Part shown: positions 44,484-64,000 of the stretch, piece after piece
Layout of the letters: each line of letters opens with the position of its first letter
Numbering within the stretch: position 1 is the first letter of the stretch
Source of the DNA: an uncultured Candidatus Rokubacteria bacterium
GTDB lineage: Bacteria > Methylomirabilota > Methylomirabilia > Rokubacteriales > CSP1-6
DNA: 64,000 bases
Reading direction: 5' to 3'
Assembly: GCA_963789955.1 (NCBI GenBank)
Contig: CAWBMV010000034.1
Location: 256,001-320,000, forward strand
Made by a program: the position numbers and the translations under genes
Notes under the pieces: model-generated
Told to the model about the DNA's origin: nothing
What the model saw: the letters and a program-made list of their open reading frames with translations, nothing else
Databases searched by the model: none

Positions 44484-45212
44484 ATGGCGACGATCGTTCG
44501 GAGACGAGGGGGCAAGCGCTACGAGACGGCGGCGGCGAAGATCGCCCCGGACAAGCAGTACTCCCTCGATGAGGCCGTCTCCATCTTGAAGAGCATGCCG
44601 GCGGCGAAGTTCGACCAGTCGGTCGATCTGTCGTTCCGGCTGGGCGTCGATCCCAAGCACGCCGACCAGATGGTCCGCGGCGCGGTGGTGTTGCCCCACG
44701 GCATCGGCAAGACCGTACGCGTGGCCGTCTTCGCCAAGGGCGAGAAGGAGCGCGAGGCGCGCGAGGCCGGGGCGGACGTGATCGGCGCCGAGGACCTCGT
44801 CGAGCGCGTGCAGGGCGGTTGGATGGAGTTCGACACGGCGGTCGCGACGCCGGATCTCATGGGGCAGGTCGGTCGGCTCGGCAAGGTGCTGGGCCCGCGC
44901 GGGCTCATGCCGAACCCGAAGCTGGGCACCGTGACGTTCGACGTCGGCCGCGCGGTTCGCGAAGCCAAGGCCGGCAAGGTCGAGTTCCGCGTGGACAAGG
45001 CCGGGAACGTGCACACGCCGATCGGCAAGCACTCGTTCGGCGCCGACCAGCTCGCCGCCAACGGCATGGCGCTCATCGAGGCGATCGTTCGGGCGAAGCC
45101 GGCGGCGGCCAAGGGCGTCTATCTGCGGTCGCTGACCGTCTCGACGACGATGGGGCCCGGCGTCCCGGTCGACGCGGTGGCGGTGGCCAATCTGTTCAAG
45201 AAGGCAGTCTAG
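44484..45212 (+). CDS. rplA: 50S ribosomal protein L1
   Basis: [32 protein letters not shown]. Confidence 0.98.
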   Translation: MATIVRRRGGKRYETAAAKIAPDKQYSLDEAVSILKSMPAAKFDQSVDLSFRLGVDPKHADQMVRGAVVLPHGIGKTVRVAVFAKGEKEREAREAGADVIGAEDLVERVQGGWMEFDTAVATPDLMGQVGRLGKVLGPRGLMPNPKLGTVTFDVGRAVREAKAGKVEFRVDKAGNVHTPIGKHSFGADQLAANGMALIEAIVRAKPAAAKGVYLRSLTVSTTMGPGVPVDAVAVANLFKKAV

Positions 45213-45230
45213 GACGACAGGGAGCCCCAG

Positions 45231-45827
45231 GTGCCAACGCAAGAGAAGGTCGCGGCGGTCGAGGACCTGAAATCGAGGTTGGACGGCGTGAAGACCGTGG
45301 TGCTCACCGAGTACCGCGGCCTCACGGTTCAGGAGCTCAGCGAGCTGCGCAAACAGCTTCGCGCGGTATCCGCGGAATACAAGGTCGTCAAGAATCGGCT
45401 GGCGCGGCTCGCGATCAAGTCGTCCGCGCTGGAAGGGCTCGGCACGCATCTCACGGGACCGACGGCGGTCATCCTCTCGAAGCAGGATCCGGTCGCGGTC
45501 GCCAAGGCGCTGCACGCGTTCGCGCGCGCTCACCAGGCGCTGGCGATCAAGGCGGGCTACGTCGAGGGGCAGATGCTGCCGCCGCCCGGGCTCAAGGCCC
45601 TCGCCGATTTGCCGTCGCGCGAGGCGCTCCGCGCGCAGCTCGTGGGCGCGATCCAGGGCGGCCTGGCCACCCTGGTCGGGCTGATCTCGGCGCCGCATCG
45701 CGAGCTCGCGTACATCCTGCAGCAGCGCGGCGCGGCGGCGGCCGCCGAGGCCGCGGAAGACGGACGCGAAGACCGAATAGATCGTCACGGGCGATATCAC
45801 CGGGCGCGGCGCGCGCCCGGCGAATGA
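45231..45827 (+). CDS. rplJ: 50S ribosomal protein L10 (true end possibly TAG at 45778-45780)
   Basis: [27 protein letters not shown]. Confidence 0.93.
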   Translation: MPTQEKVAAVEDLKSRLDGVKTVVLTEYRGLTVQELSELRKQLRAVSAEYKVVKNRLARLAIKSSALEGLGTHLTGPTAVILSKQDPVAVAKALHAFARAHQALAIKAGYVEGQMLPPPGLKALADLPSREALRAQLVGAIQGGLATLVGLISAPHRELAYILQQRGAAAAAEAAEDGREDRIDRHGRYHRARRAPGE

Positions 45828-45903
45828 GCGGAACGTAGCGGGAGACAGCGGCGCGGCATCGACGGGCTCGGCCCGGTGCCGACCCAGTACAAAGGAGATC
45901 GAG

Positions 45904-46293
45904 ATGGCGACGGTAGACGAAATCGCGGAGATGCTCGACAAGCTAACCCTGCTGGAAGCGGCCCAGCTCTCGAAGCAGCTGCAGGAAAAGTGGGGCGTGT
46001 CCGCGGCGGCGCCGATGGCGGTCGCGGCGGTTGCGGGCGCGGCCGGCGGTGGCGCGGCCGGCGCGGCGGCGGTCGAGGAGAAGACCGAGTTCGACCTCAT
46101 CCTGAACGCGGCGGGCGAGAAGAAGATCCAGGTCATCAAGGTCGTCCGCGAGCTCACGGGGCTCGGCCTCAAGGAAGCCAAGGATCTGGTGGACGGTGCG
46201 CCGAAGCCGGTGAAGGAGCGGGTCACGAAGGCCGAAGCCGACGATATGAAGAAGAAGCTCGAGGAGCAGGGCGCGACGGTGTCGATCAAGTAG
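45904..46293 (+). CDS. rplL: 50S ribosomal protein L7/L12
   Basis: [27 protein letters not shown]. Confidence 0.98.
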   Translation: MATVDEIAEMLDKLTLLEAAQLSKQLQEKWGVSAAAPMAVAAVAGAAGGGAAGAAAVEEKTEFDLILNAAGEKKIQVIKVVRELTGLGLKEAKDLVDGAPKPVKERVTKAEADDMKKKLEEQGATVSIK

Positions 46294-46328
46294 CGAGCCG
46301 GTCTCAACGGGGAAGCGCGGACGCGTAC

Positions 46329-46348
46329 GCGGCGGCTTGAGCCGCCGC
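46329..46348 (+). other. GC hairpin in rplL-rpoB spacer (attenuator or processing site?)
   Basis: GCGGCGGC-TTGA-GCCGCCGC, no U-tract. Confidence 0.45.
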
Positions 46349-46405
46349 AATCCCTAGCAGGAGACCTCGGATGGGGCGGTGGTCCCGTCCGATAGAGGAG
46401 AGGGT

Positions 46406-50414
<4,009 letters not shown>

Positions 50415-50448
50415 CAATGGGAGAAGGCTTCCCAAAGGAGAATAGCGA

Positions 50449-54643
<4,195 letters not shown>

Positions 54644-54654
54644 CGGCTAAATCA

Positions 54655-54683
54655 TTGACAGAACAGGGCGTCTCGGTTATAAC
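54655..54683 (+). promoter_or_regulatory. Sigma70 promoter for str operon
   Basis: TTGACA-17 nt-TATAAC. Confidence 0.8.
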
Positions 54684-54720
54684 GTTGGAGTTTTGTCGCC
54701 CTCCGGGGCGGCGGTGAGCT

Positions 54721-55101
54721 ATGCCGACTATCAATCAGCTCGTCCATAACGGTCGCGAGGCGGTACGGCGGAAGTCGAAGACGCCCGCGATGCAGGGGTG
54801 TCCGCAGAAGCGCGGCGTGTGCATACGCGTGTACACGACGACGCCGAAGAAGCCGAACTCCGCCCTCCGGAAAGTGGCGCGCGTGCGGCTGACGAACGGG
54901 CTCGAGGTCACCTCGTACATCCCGGGTGTCGGGCACAACCTCCAGGAGCACTCGATCGTGATGATCCGCGGCGGCCGCGTGAAGGATCTGCCGGGCATCC
55001 GGTATCACATCATCCGCGGCACCCTCGACACCGCGGGTGTCGCCGGCCGCAAGCAGAGCCGCTCGAAGTACGGCGCCAAGGCCACCAAGGCCGGAGCCTA
55101 G
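54721..55101 (+). CDS. rpsL: 30S ribosomal protein S12
   Basis: [29 protein letters not shown]. Confidence 0.98.
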   Translation: MPTINQLVHNGREAVRRKSKTPAMQGCPQKRGVCIRVYTTTPKKPNSALRKVARVRLTNGLEVTSYIPGVGHNLQEHSIVMIRGGRVKDLPGIRYHIIRGTLDTAGVAGRKQSRSKYGAKATKAGA

Positions 55102-55105
55102 CGCA

Positions 55106-55573
55106 ATGCGACGGGCGGGGGCCGCGAAGCGCGAGGTGTTGCCTGATCCGAAGTACGGGAGCCGACTGGTGGCGAAGTTCGTCAACATCATGATGATCTG
55201 CGGCAAGAAGTCGACGGCCGAGCAGATCATGTACGCCGCCCTGGTGTCGGTCGAGGACCGGAGCAAGCAGGACGCCCTGAAGATGTTCAAGTCGGCCATC
55301 GACAACGTGAAGCCGGCCGTCGAGGTCAAGTCTCGGCGGGTCGGCGGCTCGACTTATCAGGTGCCGGTCGAGGTGCGCCCGGATCGACGGACGTCCTTGG
55401 CCATGCGGTGGGTCATCGGGGCCGCCCGTCGGCGAGGCGAGCGGAGCATGGCGGAAAAGCTGGCCGGCGAGCTGCTCGATGCCGCCGGCAACCGGGGCAC
55501 CGCGGTGAAGAAGCGAGAAGACACGCACAAGATGGCGGAGGCCAACAAGGCGTTCGCGCATTATCGCTGGTAG
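55106..55573 (+). CDS. rpsG: 30S ribosomal protein S7
   Basis: [27 protein letters not shown]. Confidence 0.98.
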   Translation: MRRAGAAKREVLPDPKYGSRLVAKFVNIMMICGKKSTAEQIMYAALVSVEDRSKQDALKMFKSAIDNVKPAVEVKSRRVGGSTYQVPVEVRPDRRTSLAMRWVIGAARRRGERSMAEKLAGELLDAAGNRGTAVKKREDTHKMAEANKAFAHYRW

Positions 55574-55587
55574 CTAGCATCGAACAA

Positions 55588-55617
55588 AAGAGGGGGGCGC
55601 AGGCTGACCCCCCTCTT
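55588..55617. other. 10-bp hairpin between rpsG and fusA
   Basis: AAGAGGGGGG-N10-CCCCCCTCTT. Confidence 0.55.
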
Positions 55618-55656
55618 CGCATGTCATAGATCGCAGAGAAAGCAGAGGATTGGGCG

Positions 55657-57768
<2,112 letters not shown>

Positions 57769-57793
57769 GAAACGACCAGTCGGAGGCCACACC

Positions 57794-58988
<1,195 letters not shown>

Positions 58989-58991
58989 CGC

Positions 58992-59312
58992 ATGGCAACC
59001 TTGGCCGCTGATCAGAAAATTCGGATTCGCTTGAAGGCGTACGATCACCAGCTGCTCGATCGGTCGGTCAAGGAGATCGTCGAGACCGTGCGCCGCACCG
59101 GCGCGCGCGTGTCGGGCCCGGTCTTGCTGCCCACGATCATCAACCGGTGGACCGTGCTGAGAAGCCCGCACGTCGACAAGACCTCGCGCGAGCAGTTCGA
59201 GATGCGAACGCACAAGCGCCTGCTCGACATCGTCGACCCGACGCCGCAGACGGTCGATTCGCTCATGAAACTCGACCTCCCAGCGGGCGTGGACGTCGAG
59301 ATCAAGCTGTAA
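58992..59312 (+). CDS. rpsJ: 30S ribosomal protein S10
   Basis: [24 protein letters not shown]. Confidence 0.98.
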   Translation: MATLAADQKIRIRLKAYDHQLLDRSVKEIVETVRRTGARVSGPVLLPTIINRWTVLRSPHVDKTSREQFEMRTHKRLLDIVDPTPQTVDSLMKLDLPAGVDVEIKL

Positions 59313-59348
59313 GGACATGACAATATCTGATCGGGGCGGCAGTTCGCG

Positions 59349-59461
59349 GCCGACAAAAGTCCCAGATGCGAGGCGCCGACGAGCGACGACTGAGGCGTGT
59401 GCCGCATACGCCGCAGGGAGGAGCGAGGAGGCAACGAAGCAGATGGGCGGTTTTCATCGGC
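59349..59461. repeat. ~113-bp MITE-like element between rpsJ and rplC
   Basis: Imperfect terminal IR GCCGACAAAAGTCCCA / TGGGCGGTTTTCATCGGC, CAGATG near both ends, central GGCGTGTGC-C-GCATACGCC hairpin; single copy here. Confidence 0.55.
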
Positions 59462-59478
59462 GCTCTGCGGGGATAGCG

Positions 59479-60156
59479 ATGGCGCGTAAAGAAGGACTGA
59501 TCGGGCGAAAGGTCGGGATGACGCAGGTGTTTGCCGACGACGGCAGTCACGTGCCCGTGACCGTCATCGAGGCGGGGCCCTGCACCGTCATCGGGATCAA
59601 GACGGCGGAGTCGCACGGGTACGATGCGCTGCAGATCGGGTTCGGCGCGAAGAAGAAGAACGTGTCGAAGCCGGCGGCGGGCGTGTTCAAGAAGGTGAAC
59701 GTGGCCCCGATGCAGGTCGTGCGCGAGGTGCGGCTCGAGAAGACCGAGAAGCTCCAGGGCTATCAGCTCGGTCAGGCGCTCACCGTCGAGATGTTCGCGC
59801 CGGGTGAGCTGGTCGACGTCGTCGGCGTCACGAAGGGCAAGGGCTTCCAGGGCGGCGTCAGGCGCTACGGCTGGTACGGCGGCGACGCGACGCACGGCTC
59901 GATGTTCCATCGCGCGCCGGGCTCGATCGGCGCCTCGTCGGATCCCTCGCGCGTGTGGCCGGGTCATCATCTGCCCGGGCGCATGGGCGGCGACCGGCGG
60001 ACCGTGCTGAACCTCGCCGTGGTGCGCGTGATGGCCGAGCAAAATCTCGTGCTGGTGCGCGGCGCGGTGCCCGGCGCCAATGGAACTCTCGTGATGCTGC
60101 GGAAGTCGGTCAAGGCGACCAAGGCGCAGCAGCAAAAGGTCGCGGAAAAGAAATAG
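59479..60156 (+). CDS. rplC: 50S ribosomal protein L3
   Basis: [23 protein letters not shown]. Confidence 0.97.
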   Translation: MARKEGLIGRKVGMTQVFADDGSHVPVTVIEAGPCTVIGIKTAESHGYDALQIGFGAKKKNVSKPAAGVFKKVNVAPMQVVREVRLEKTEKLQGYQLGQALTVEMFAPGELVDVVGVTKGKGFQGGVRRYGWYGGDATHGSMFHRAPGSIGASSDPSRVWPGHHLPGRMGGDRRTVLNLAVVRVMAEQNLVLVRGAVPGANGTLVMLRKSVKATKAQQQKVAEKK

Positions 60157-60158
60157 CG

Positions 60159-60788
60159 ATGCCGACCGTACAGGTGCTGGACGCGAAGGGGAAGGCCACG
60201 GGCTCGGTCGAGCTGAAGGCGGACGTCTTCGGCACCGAGATCCGCGGGCCGCTCCTCCATCAGGCGGTGACCCGCGAGCTGGCCGACCGTCGCGCCGGGA
60301 CGCACGACACCAGGGGCCGCAGCGAAGTTTCGGGCGGCGGGCGCAAGCCGTGGAAGCAGAAGGGAACCGGCCGCGCGCGGCAGGGCTCTACGCGGGCCGT
60401 CCAGTGGAAGGGCGGCGGCAAGCCGTTCGGCCCGACACCGCGAAGCTACGACAAGGACATGCCGCGCGGCATGCGCCGCCAGGCGCTTCGGGCGGCGGTG
60501 GCGGCGAAGATCGCCGCCGGTGAGCTGTCCGCGGTCGAGACGCTCGACGTGCGCGACGGGAAGACGAAGTCGCTGGTCGGCCGGCTCGAGGGCCTCGGCG
60601 TCGCGGGTCAGCGGACCTTGATCGTCGTGCGCCAGCTGGACGACTCCGTGACGCGCGCGGCGCGCAACGTGCCCTGGCTGACGATCGAGACGCCGACGCA
60701 TGTGTCGGTGTACCAGCTGCTGCACGCCCATCGCGTGGTGTGCGAGCGCGCGGGGCTTCTGGCGCTCGAGGAGGCGCTGGCGCGATGA
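60159..60788 (+). CDS. rplD: 50S ribosomal protein L4
   Basis: GGGRKPWKQKGTGRARQGS. Confidence 0.97.
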   Translation: MPTVQVLDAKGKATGSVELKADVFGTEIRGPLLHQAVTRELADRRAGTHDTRGRSEVSGGGRKPWKQKGTGRARQGSTRAVQWKGGGKPFGPTPRSYDKDMPRGMRRQALRAAVAAKIAAGELSAVETLDVRDGKTKSLVGRLEGLGVAGQRTLIVVRQLDDSVTRAARNVPWLTIETPTHVSVYQLLHAHRVVCERAGLLALEEALAR

Positions 60789-61078
60789 GCAGAACAGCGC
60801 GCGAGATCCTGATCCGTCCGCTGATGACGGAAAAGAGCATGAGGCAGAAGGAAGAGCAGAACACCGTGGCGTTCCGGGTCCGGCCCGACGCGAACAAAGT
60901 CGAGATTCGCGTGGCGGTCGAGACCGTCTTCAACGTCAAGGTGTCGTCCGTCCGTACCGCCTCCTTCGAGGGAAAGCTGAAGCGTATGGGTCGTTCCGAG
61001 GGACGGCGTGCCGACTGGAAGAAGGCGATCGTGACCCTGGCGCCCGGACACAAGATCGACCTCGTCGAGGGGGCGTAA
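60785..61078 (+). CDS. rplW: 50S ribosomal protein L23
   Basis: [21 protein letters not shown]. Confidence 0.97.
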   Translation: MSRTAREILIRPLMTEKSMRQKEEQNTVAFRVRPDANKVEIRVAVETVFNVKVSSVRTASFEGKLKRMGRSEGRRADWKKAIVTLAPGHKIDLVEGA

Positions 61079-61082
61079 GGTC

Positions 61083-61907
61083 ATGGCCATCCGGACCGTC
61101 AAGCCGACGTCGCCATCTCTCCGCTACCTGACGTACGTCACGTACGACGACATCACGAAAACCGAGCCGGAGAAGGGCCTGCTGATTCCCAAGCGGCGGA
61201 CGAACGGCCGAAACGTCTACGGGCGCATCACCGTCCGCCATCGGGGCGGCGGCGCCAAGCAGATGATTCGCCAGGTCGACTTCCGGCGCGAGAAGTACGG
61301 GATCCCCGCGCGTGTGGCGGCGATCGAGTACGACCCGAACCGCTCGGCGCGCCTGGCGCTGCTCCACTACAAGGACGGCGAGAAGCGCTACATCATTGCT
61401 CCGAATGGCATCCGCGTCGGCGACACCGTGATGTCGGGTCCGCAGGCGGATATCCTGCCGGGCAATGCGCTGCCGGTGCGCAACATCCCGGTCGGCACGC
61501 TCGTGCACAACGTCGAGCTCCAGCCGGGCCGCGGCGCGCAGCTCTGCCGCAGCGCGGGCGCGCAGGCACAGCTTCTCGCGAAGGAGGGTGACCGCGCCAC
61601 GCTCAAGCTGCCCTCGGGCGAGGTGCGGCTGGTCGCGCTCGCGTGCATGGCGACCGTCGGTCAGGTCGGCAACCTCGACCACGAGAACGTGTCGATCGGC
61701 AAGGCGGGCCGGGTCCGCTGGCGCGGTTTCCGCCCGACGGTCCGCGGCACGGTCATGAATCCGGTCGATCACCCGATGGGCGGCGGTGAGGGCAAGGGCA
61801 AGGGCAATCATCCGATGACCCCGTGGGGCAAGCCGACGAAGGGCTACAAGACTCGGCGCGGCGCCAGACCGTCGGACCGCTTCATTGTGACGCGACGGAA
61901 GAAATAG
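61083..61907 (+). CDS. rplB: 50S ribosomal protein L2
   Basis: [22 protein letters not shown]. Confidence 0.98.
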   Translation: MAIRTVKPTSPSLRYLTYVTYDDITKTEPEKGLLIPKRRTNGRNVYGRITVRHRGGGAKQMIRQVDFRREKYGIPARVAAIEYDPNRSARLALLHYKDGEKRYIIAPNGIRVGDTVMSGPQADILPGNALPVRNIPVGTLVHNVELQPGRGAQLCRSAGAQAQLLAKEGDRATLKLPSGEVRLVALACMATVGQVGNLDHENVSIGKAGRVRWRGFRPTVRGTVMNPVDHPMGGGEGKGKGNHPMTPWGKPTKGYKTRRGARPSDRFIVTRRKK

Positions 61908-61916
61908 GAGCACGCG

Positions 61917-62210
61917 ATGGGACGCTCGCTGAAGAAGGGCCCGTACATCGATGAGACGCTGTTGGCGCGGATCGAGGAGCTGAACCGCACCCGTCAGAAG
62001 AAGGTGCTCAAGACGTGGTCCCGGCGCACGACGATCCCGCCGGAGTTCGTCGGCCATACGGTCGCCGTTCACAACGGCAAGAAGTTCATCCCCGTGTACA
62101 TGACCGAGAACATGGTGGGCCACCGCCTGGGTGAGTTCGCGATGACCCGGACGTTTCGGGCACACGGAACCGCTGAAAAGGCGGCGACGTCGCCGACCGG
62201 AAAGACCTGA
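61917..62210 (+). CDS. rpsS: 30S ribosomal protein S19
   Basis: [22 protein letters not shown]. Confidence 0.98.
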   Translation: MGRSLKKGPYIDETLLARIEELNRTRQKKVLKTWSRRTTIPPEFVGHTVAVHNGKKFIPVYMTENMVGHRLGEFAMTRTFRAHGTAEKAATSPTGKT

Positions 62211-62215
62211 TCGCC

Positions 62216-62725
62216 ATGCGAACGATGGCGCGCGCCCGATTCGTCCGCGTGTCGGCCCGGAAGGCCCGGCTGGTGCTCGACCAGATCCGCGGCAAGGCGG
62301 TGGCGGAAGCGCTGGCGACGCTCGAGTACACGCCCCGCGCCGCGGCCCGGCTCGTCGAGAAGGTGCTGCGCTCGGCCGTGGCGAACGCCGAGCACAACTA
62401 CCAGGTGCGTGACCTCGACGACCTGCGCGTGGTCCAGGCCTACGCGGACGGCGGCCCGGTGCTCAAGCGCGTGCAGCCGCGCGCGATGGGCCGCGCGTTC
62501 TCGATCAAGCACCGCACGAGCCACTTGACGATCGGCGTCAGCGACGAGACGAACGGCGTCGTCGCGGTGCCCGCGCCCCCGCCCGCTCGTCCGAGCGCGC
62601 CGCCTCCGGCGCGCGAAGAGCGTCCGGCGGCGCCCGCCCGGCGCCCGACCGCTCGCCGCGGCTCGGCGCGCGGCGGCGACAAGCCGGCGGCCAGAGCCAC
62701 CCGGAAGCCGAAGGAGAAAAAGTAG
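62216..62725 (+). CDS. rplV: 50S ribosomal protein L22 with low-complexity C-terminal extension
   Basis: [28 protein letters not shown]. Confidence 0.96.
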   Translation: MRTMARARFVRVSARKARLVLDQIRGKAVAEALATLEYTPRAAARLVEKVLRSAVANAEHNYQVRDLDDLRVVQAYADGGPVLKRVQPRAMGRAFSIKHRTSHLTIGVSDETNGVVAVPAPPPARPSAPPPAREERPAAPARRPTARRGSARGGDKPAARATRKPKEKK

Positions 62726-62727
62726 CG

Positions 62728-63372
62728 ATGGGTCAGAAAACACATCCGATCGGCTTCCGGATCGGCGTGACGCGGACCTGGAGCTCGCGCTGGTTCGCGA
62801 CGAAGAACTACGCGAACCTCCTGCACGAGGACGTCAAGATCCGGCGCTTCATCAAGGACCAGCTCTACCACGCGGGCATCGCGAAGATCGATATCGAGCG
62901 CTCGGCCAACCGCGCGCGCATCACGATCTCGACGGCGCGCCCGGGCATCATCATCGGCCGCAAGGGTTCCGAGGTCGAGAAGCTGAAGAACGAACTACAA
63001 GTGAGGACCGGGAAGGAGATCTACCTCAACATCGAGGAGGTCATCCATCCCGAGCTCGACGCGCAGCTCGTGGCCGAGAACGTGGCGCTCCAGCTCCAGA
63101 AGCGCGTCGCGTTCCGGCGGGCGATGAAGAAGGCCGTCACGTCCGCGCTGCGCCTCGGCGCCGACGGCATCCGGATCGCGTGCGCGGGACGGCTGGGCGG
63201 CGGCGAAATCGCGCGGCGCGAGTGGTATCGCGACGGGCGGGTGCCGCTGCACACGCTCCGCGCCGACATCGACTACGGCCTGGCGACCGCGCACACGACC
63301 TACGGGACCATCGGGGTCAAGGTGTGGGTCTTCAAGGGCGAGGTGCTCCGCGCCGCGCCGGCTGACGCCTGA
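62728..63372 (+). CDS. rpsC: 30S ribosomal protein S3
   Basis: [32 protein letters not shown]. Confidence 0.98.
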   Translation: MGQKTHPIGFRIGVTRTWSSRWFATKNYANLLHEDVKIRRFIKDQLYHAGIAKIDIERSANRARITISTARPGIIIGRKGSEVEKLKNELQVRTGKEIYLNIEEVIHPELDAQLVAENVALQLQKRVAFRRAMKKAVTSALRLGADGIRIACAGRLGGGEIARREWYRDGRVPLHTLRADIDYGLATAHTTYGTIGVKVWVFKGEVLRAAPADA

Positions 63373-63384
63373 GGCGCGTTTCCC

Positions 63385-63801
63385 ATGTTGATGCCCAAGC
63401 GCGTCAAGTATCGGAAGGCCCAGCGCGGCCGGATGAAGGGGATCGCCGTCCGCGGCTCGACCCTGGCGTTCGGCGATTTCGGTCTCAAGGCTCTCGAGCC
63501 CGGCTGGGTCACCAATCGGCAGATCGAGGCCGCGCGCGTGGCGCTCACCCGGAGCCTCAAGCGCGGTGGTAAGGTCTGGATCCGCGTCTTTCCGGACAAG
63601 CCGGTCACCAAGAAGCCGGCCGAGACCCGGATGGGCAAGGGCAAGGGCAACCCGGAGGAGTGGGTGGCGGTCGTGAAGCCGGGCCGGATCCTGTACGAGA
63701 TGATCGGCGTGCCCGAGGACGTGGCGCGCGACGCCTTCCGGACCGCGGCCCAGAAGATCGGTATCACGACGAAGTTCGTCTCGCGCACGAGGGCGCTGTA
63801 G
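63385..63801 (+). CDS. rplP: 50S ribosomal protein L16
   Basis: [20 protein letters not shown]. Confidence 0.98.
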   Translation: MLMPKRVKYRKAQRGRMKGIAVRGSTLAFGDFGLKALEPGWVTNRQIEAARVALTRSLKRGGKVWIRVFPDKPVTKKPAETRMGKGKGNPEEWVAVVKPGRILYEMIGVPEDVARDAFRTAAQKIGITTKFVSRTRAL

Positions 63802-63832
63802 CGACGAGTCGAGCCCTCTAAAGGATCGAATC

Positions 63833-64000
63833 ATGAAAGCGGCGAAGTGGCGTGAGTTCTCCCAGGACGAGCTCCAGCAGAAGACGCGGGAGCTGACCGA
63901 GGAGATCTTCAATCTCAGGTTCCAGCTCTCGATGGGGGTGGCCAAGAACCCCTCGCGGCTGAGCCAGGCGAAGAAAGATCTGGCGCGGGCGAACACAGTG
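63833..64000 (+). CDS. rpmC: 50S ribosomal protein L29 (3'-partial)
   Basis: MKAAKWREFS..EEIFNLRFQ..NPSRL..KKDLARANT after rplP. Confidence 0.93.
   Translation, partial: MKAAKWREFSQDELQQKTRELTEEIFNLRFQLSMGVAKNPSRLSQAKKDLARANTV

Noticed and set aside
45760..45827. Novel C-terminal extension of L10
   Set aside because: Removing one base near 45760 gives ...DAKTE followed by TAG at 45778-45780, consistent with the error pattern

Overview
High-GC bacterial chromosome segment with every credible gene on the + strand and mostly core content. The lineage is an unverified impression from gene order and composition: Rokubacteria/Methylomirabilota-like. In order: nuoL-M-N; a glycerol-3-phosphate module (HAD-IIA, glpD, ugpBAE, GDPD, glpK); a Fe3+/thiamine-type ABC transporter; a partial F0 ATP synthase operon (atpZ/I, atpB, atpE) plus rex; mfd, SurA-like PPIase, rho, rpmE, prfA, prmC; his operon; mlaEFD; radA, ispDF, cysS, rlmB; four tRNAs; tuf-rpmG-tRNA-Trp-secE-nusG-rplKAJL-rpoBC; the str operon with a second tuf; and the S10 operon to rpmC. 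About 15 single-base frameshifts, some in essential genes, point to uncorrected long-read errors. No transposase, integrase, phage gene or CRISPR array is visible. The unexplained structure is mostly intergenic: (1) a ~500-bp three-part palindromic cassette between rex and mfd with compensatory arm changes; (2) a 19-codon murA-like vestige coupled to both prmC and hisG; (3) several mini-ORFs overlapping both neighbouring genes, one made by a 44-bp tandem unit at the hisH start; (4) a four-copy REP-like hairpin; (5) a 32-aa very basic peptide with a strong RBS; (6) an apparent GDPD-GlpK fusion that may be an error; (7) strongly G-ending codon usage in both tuf copies.
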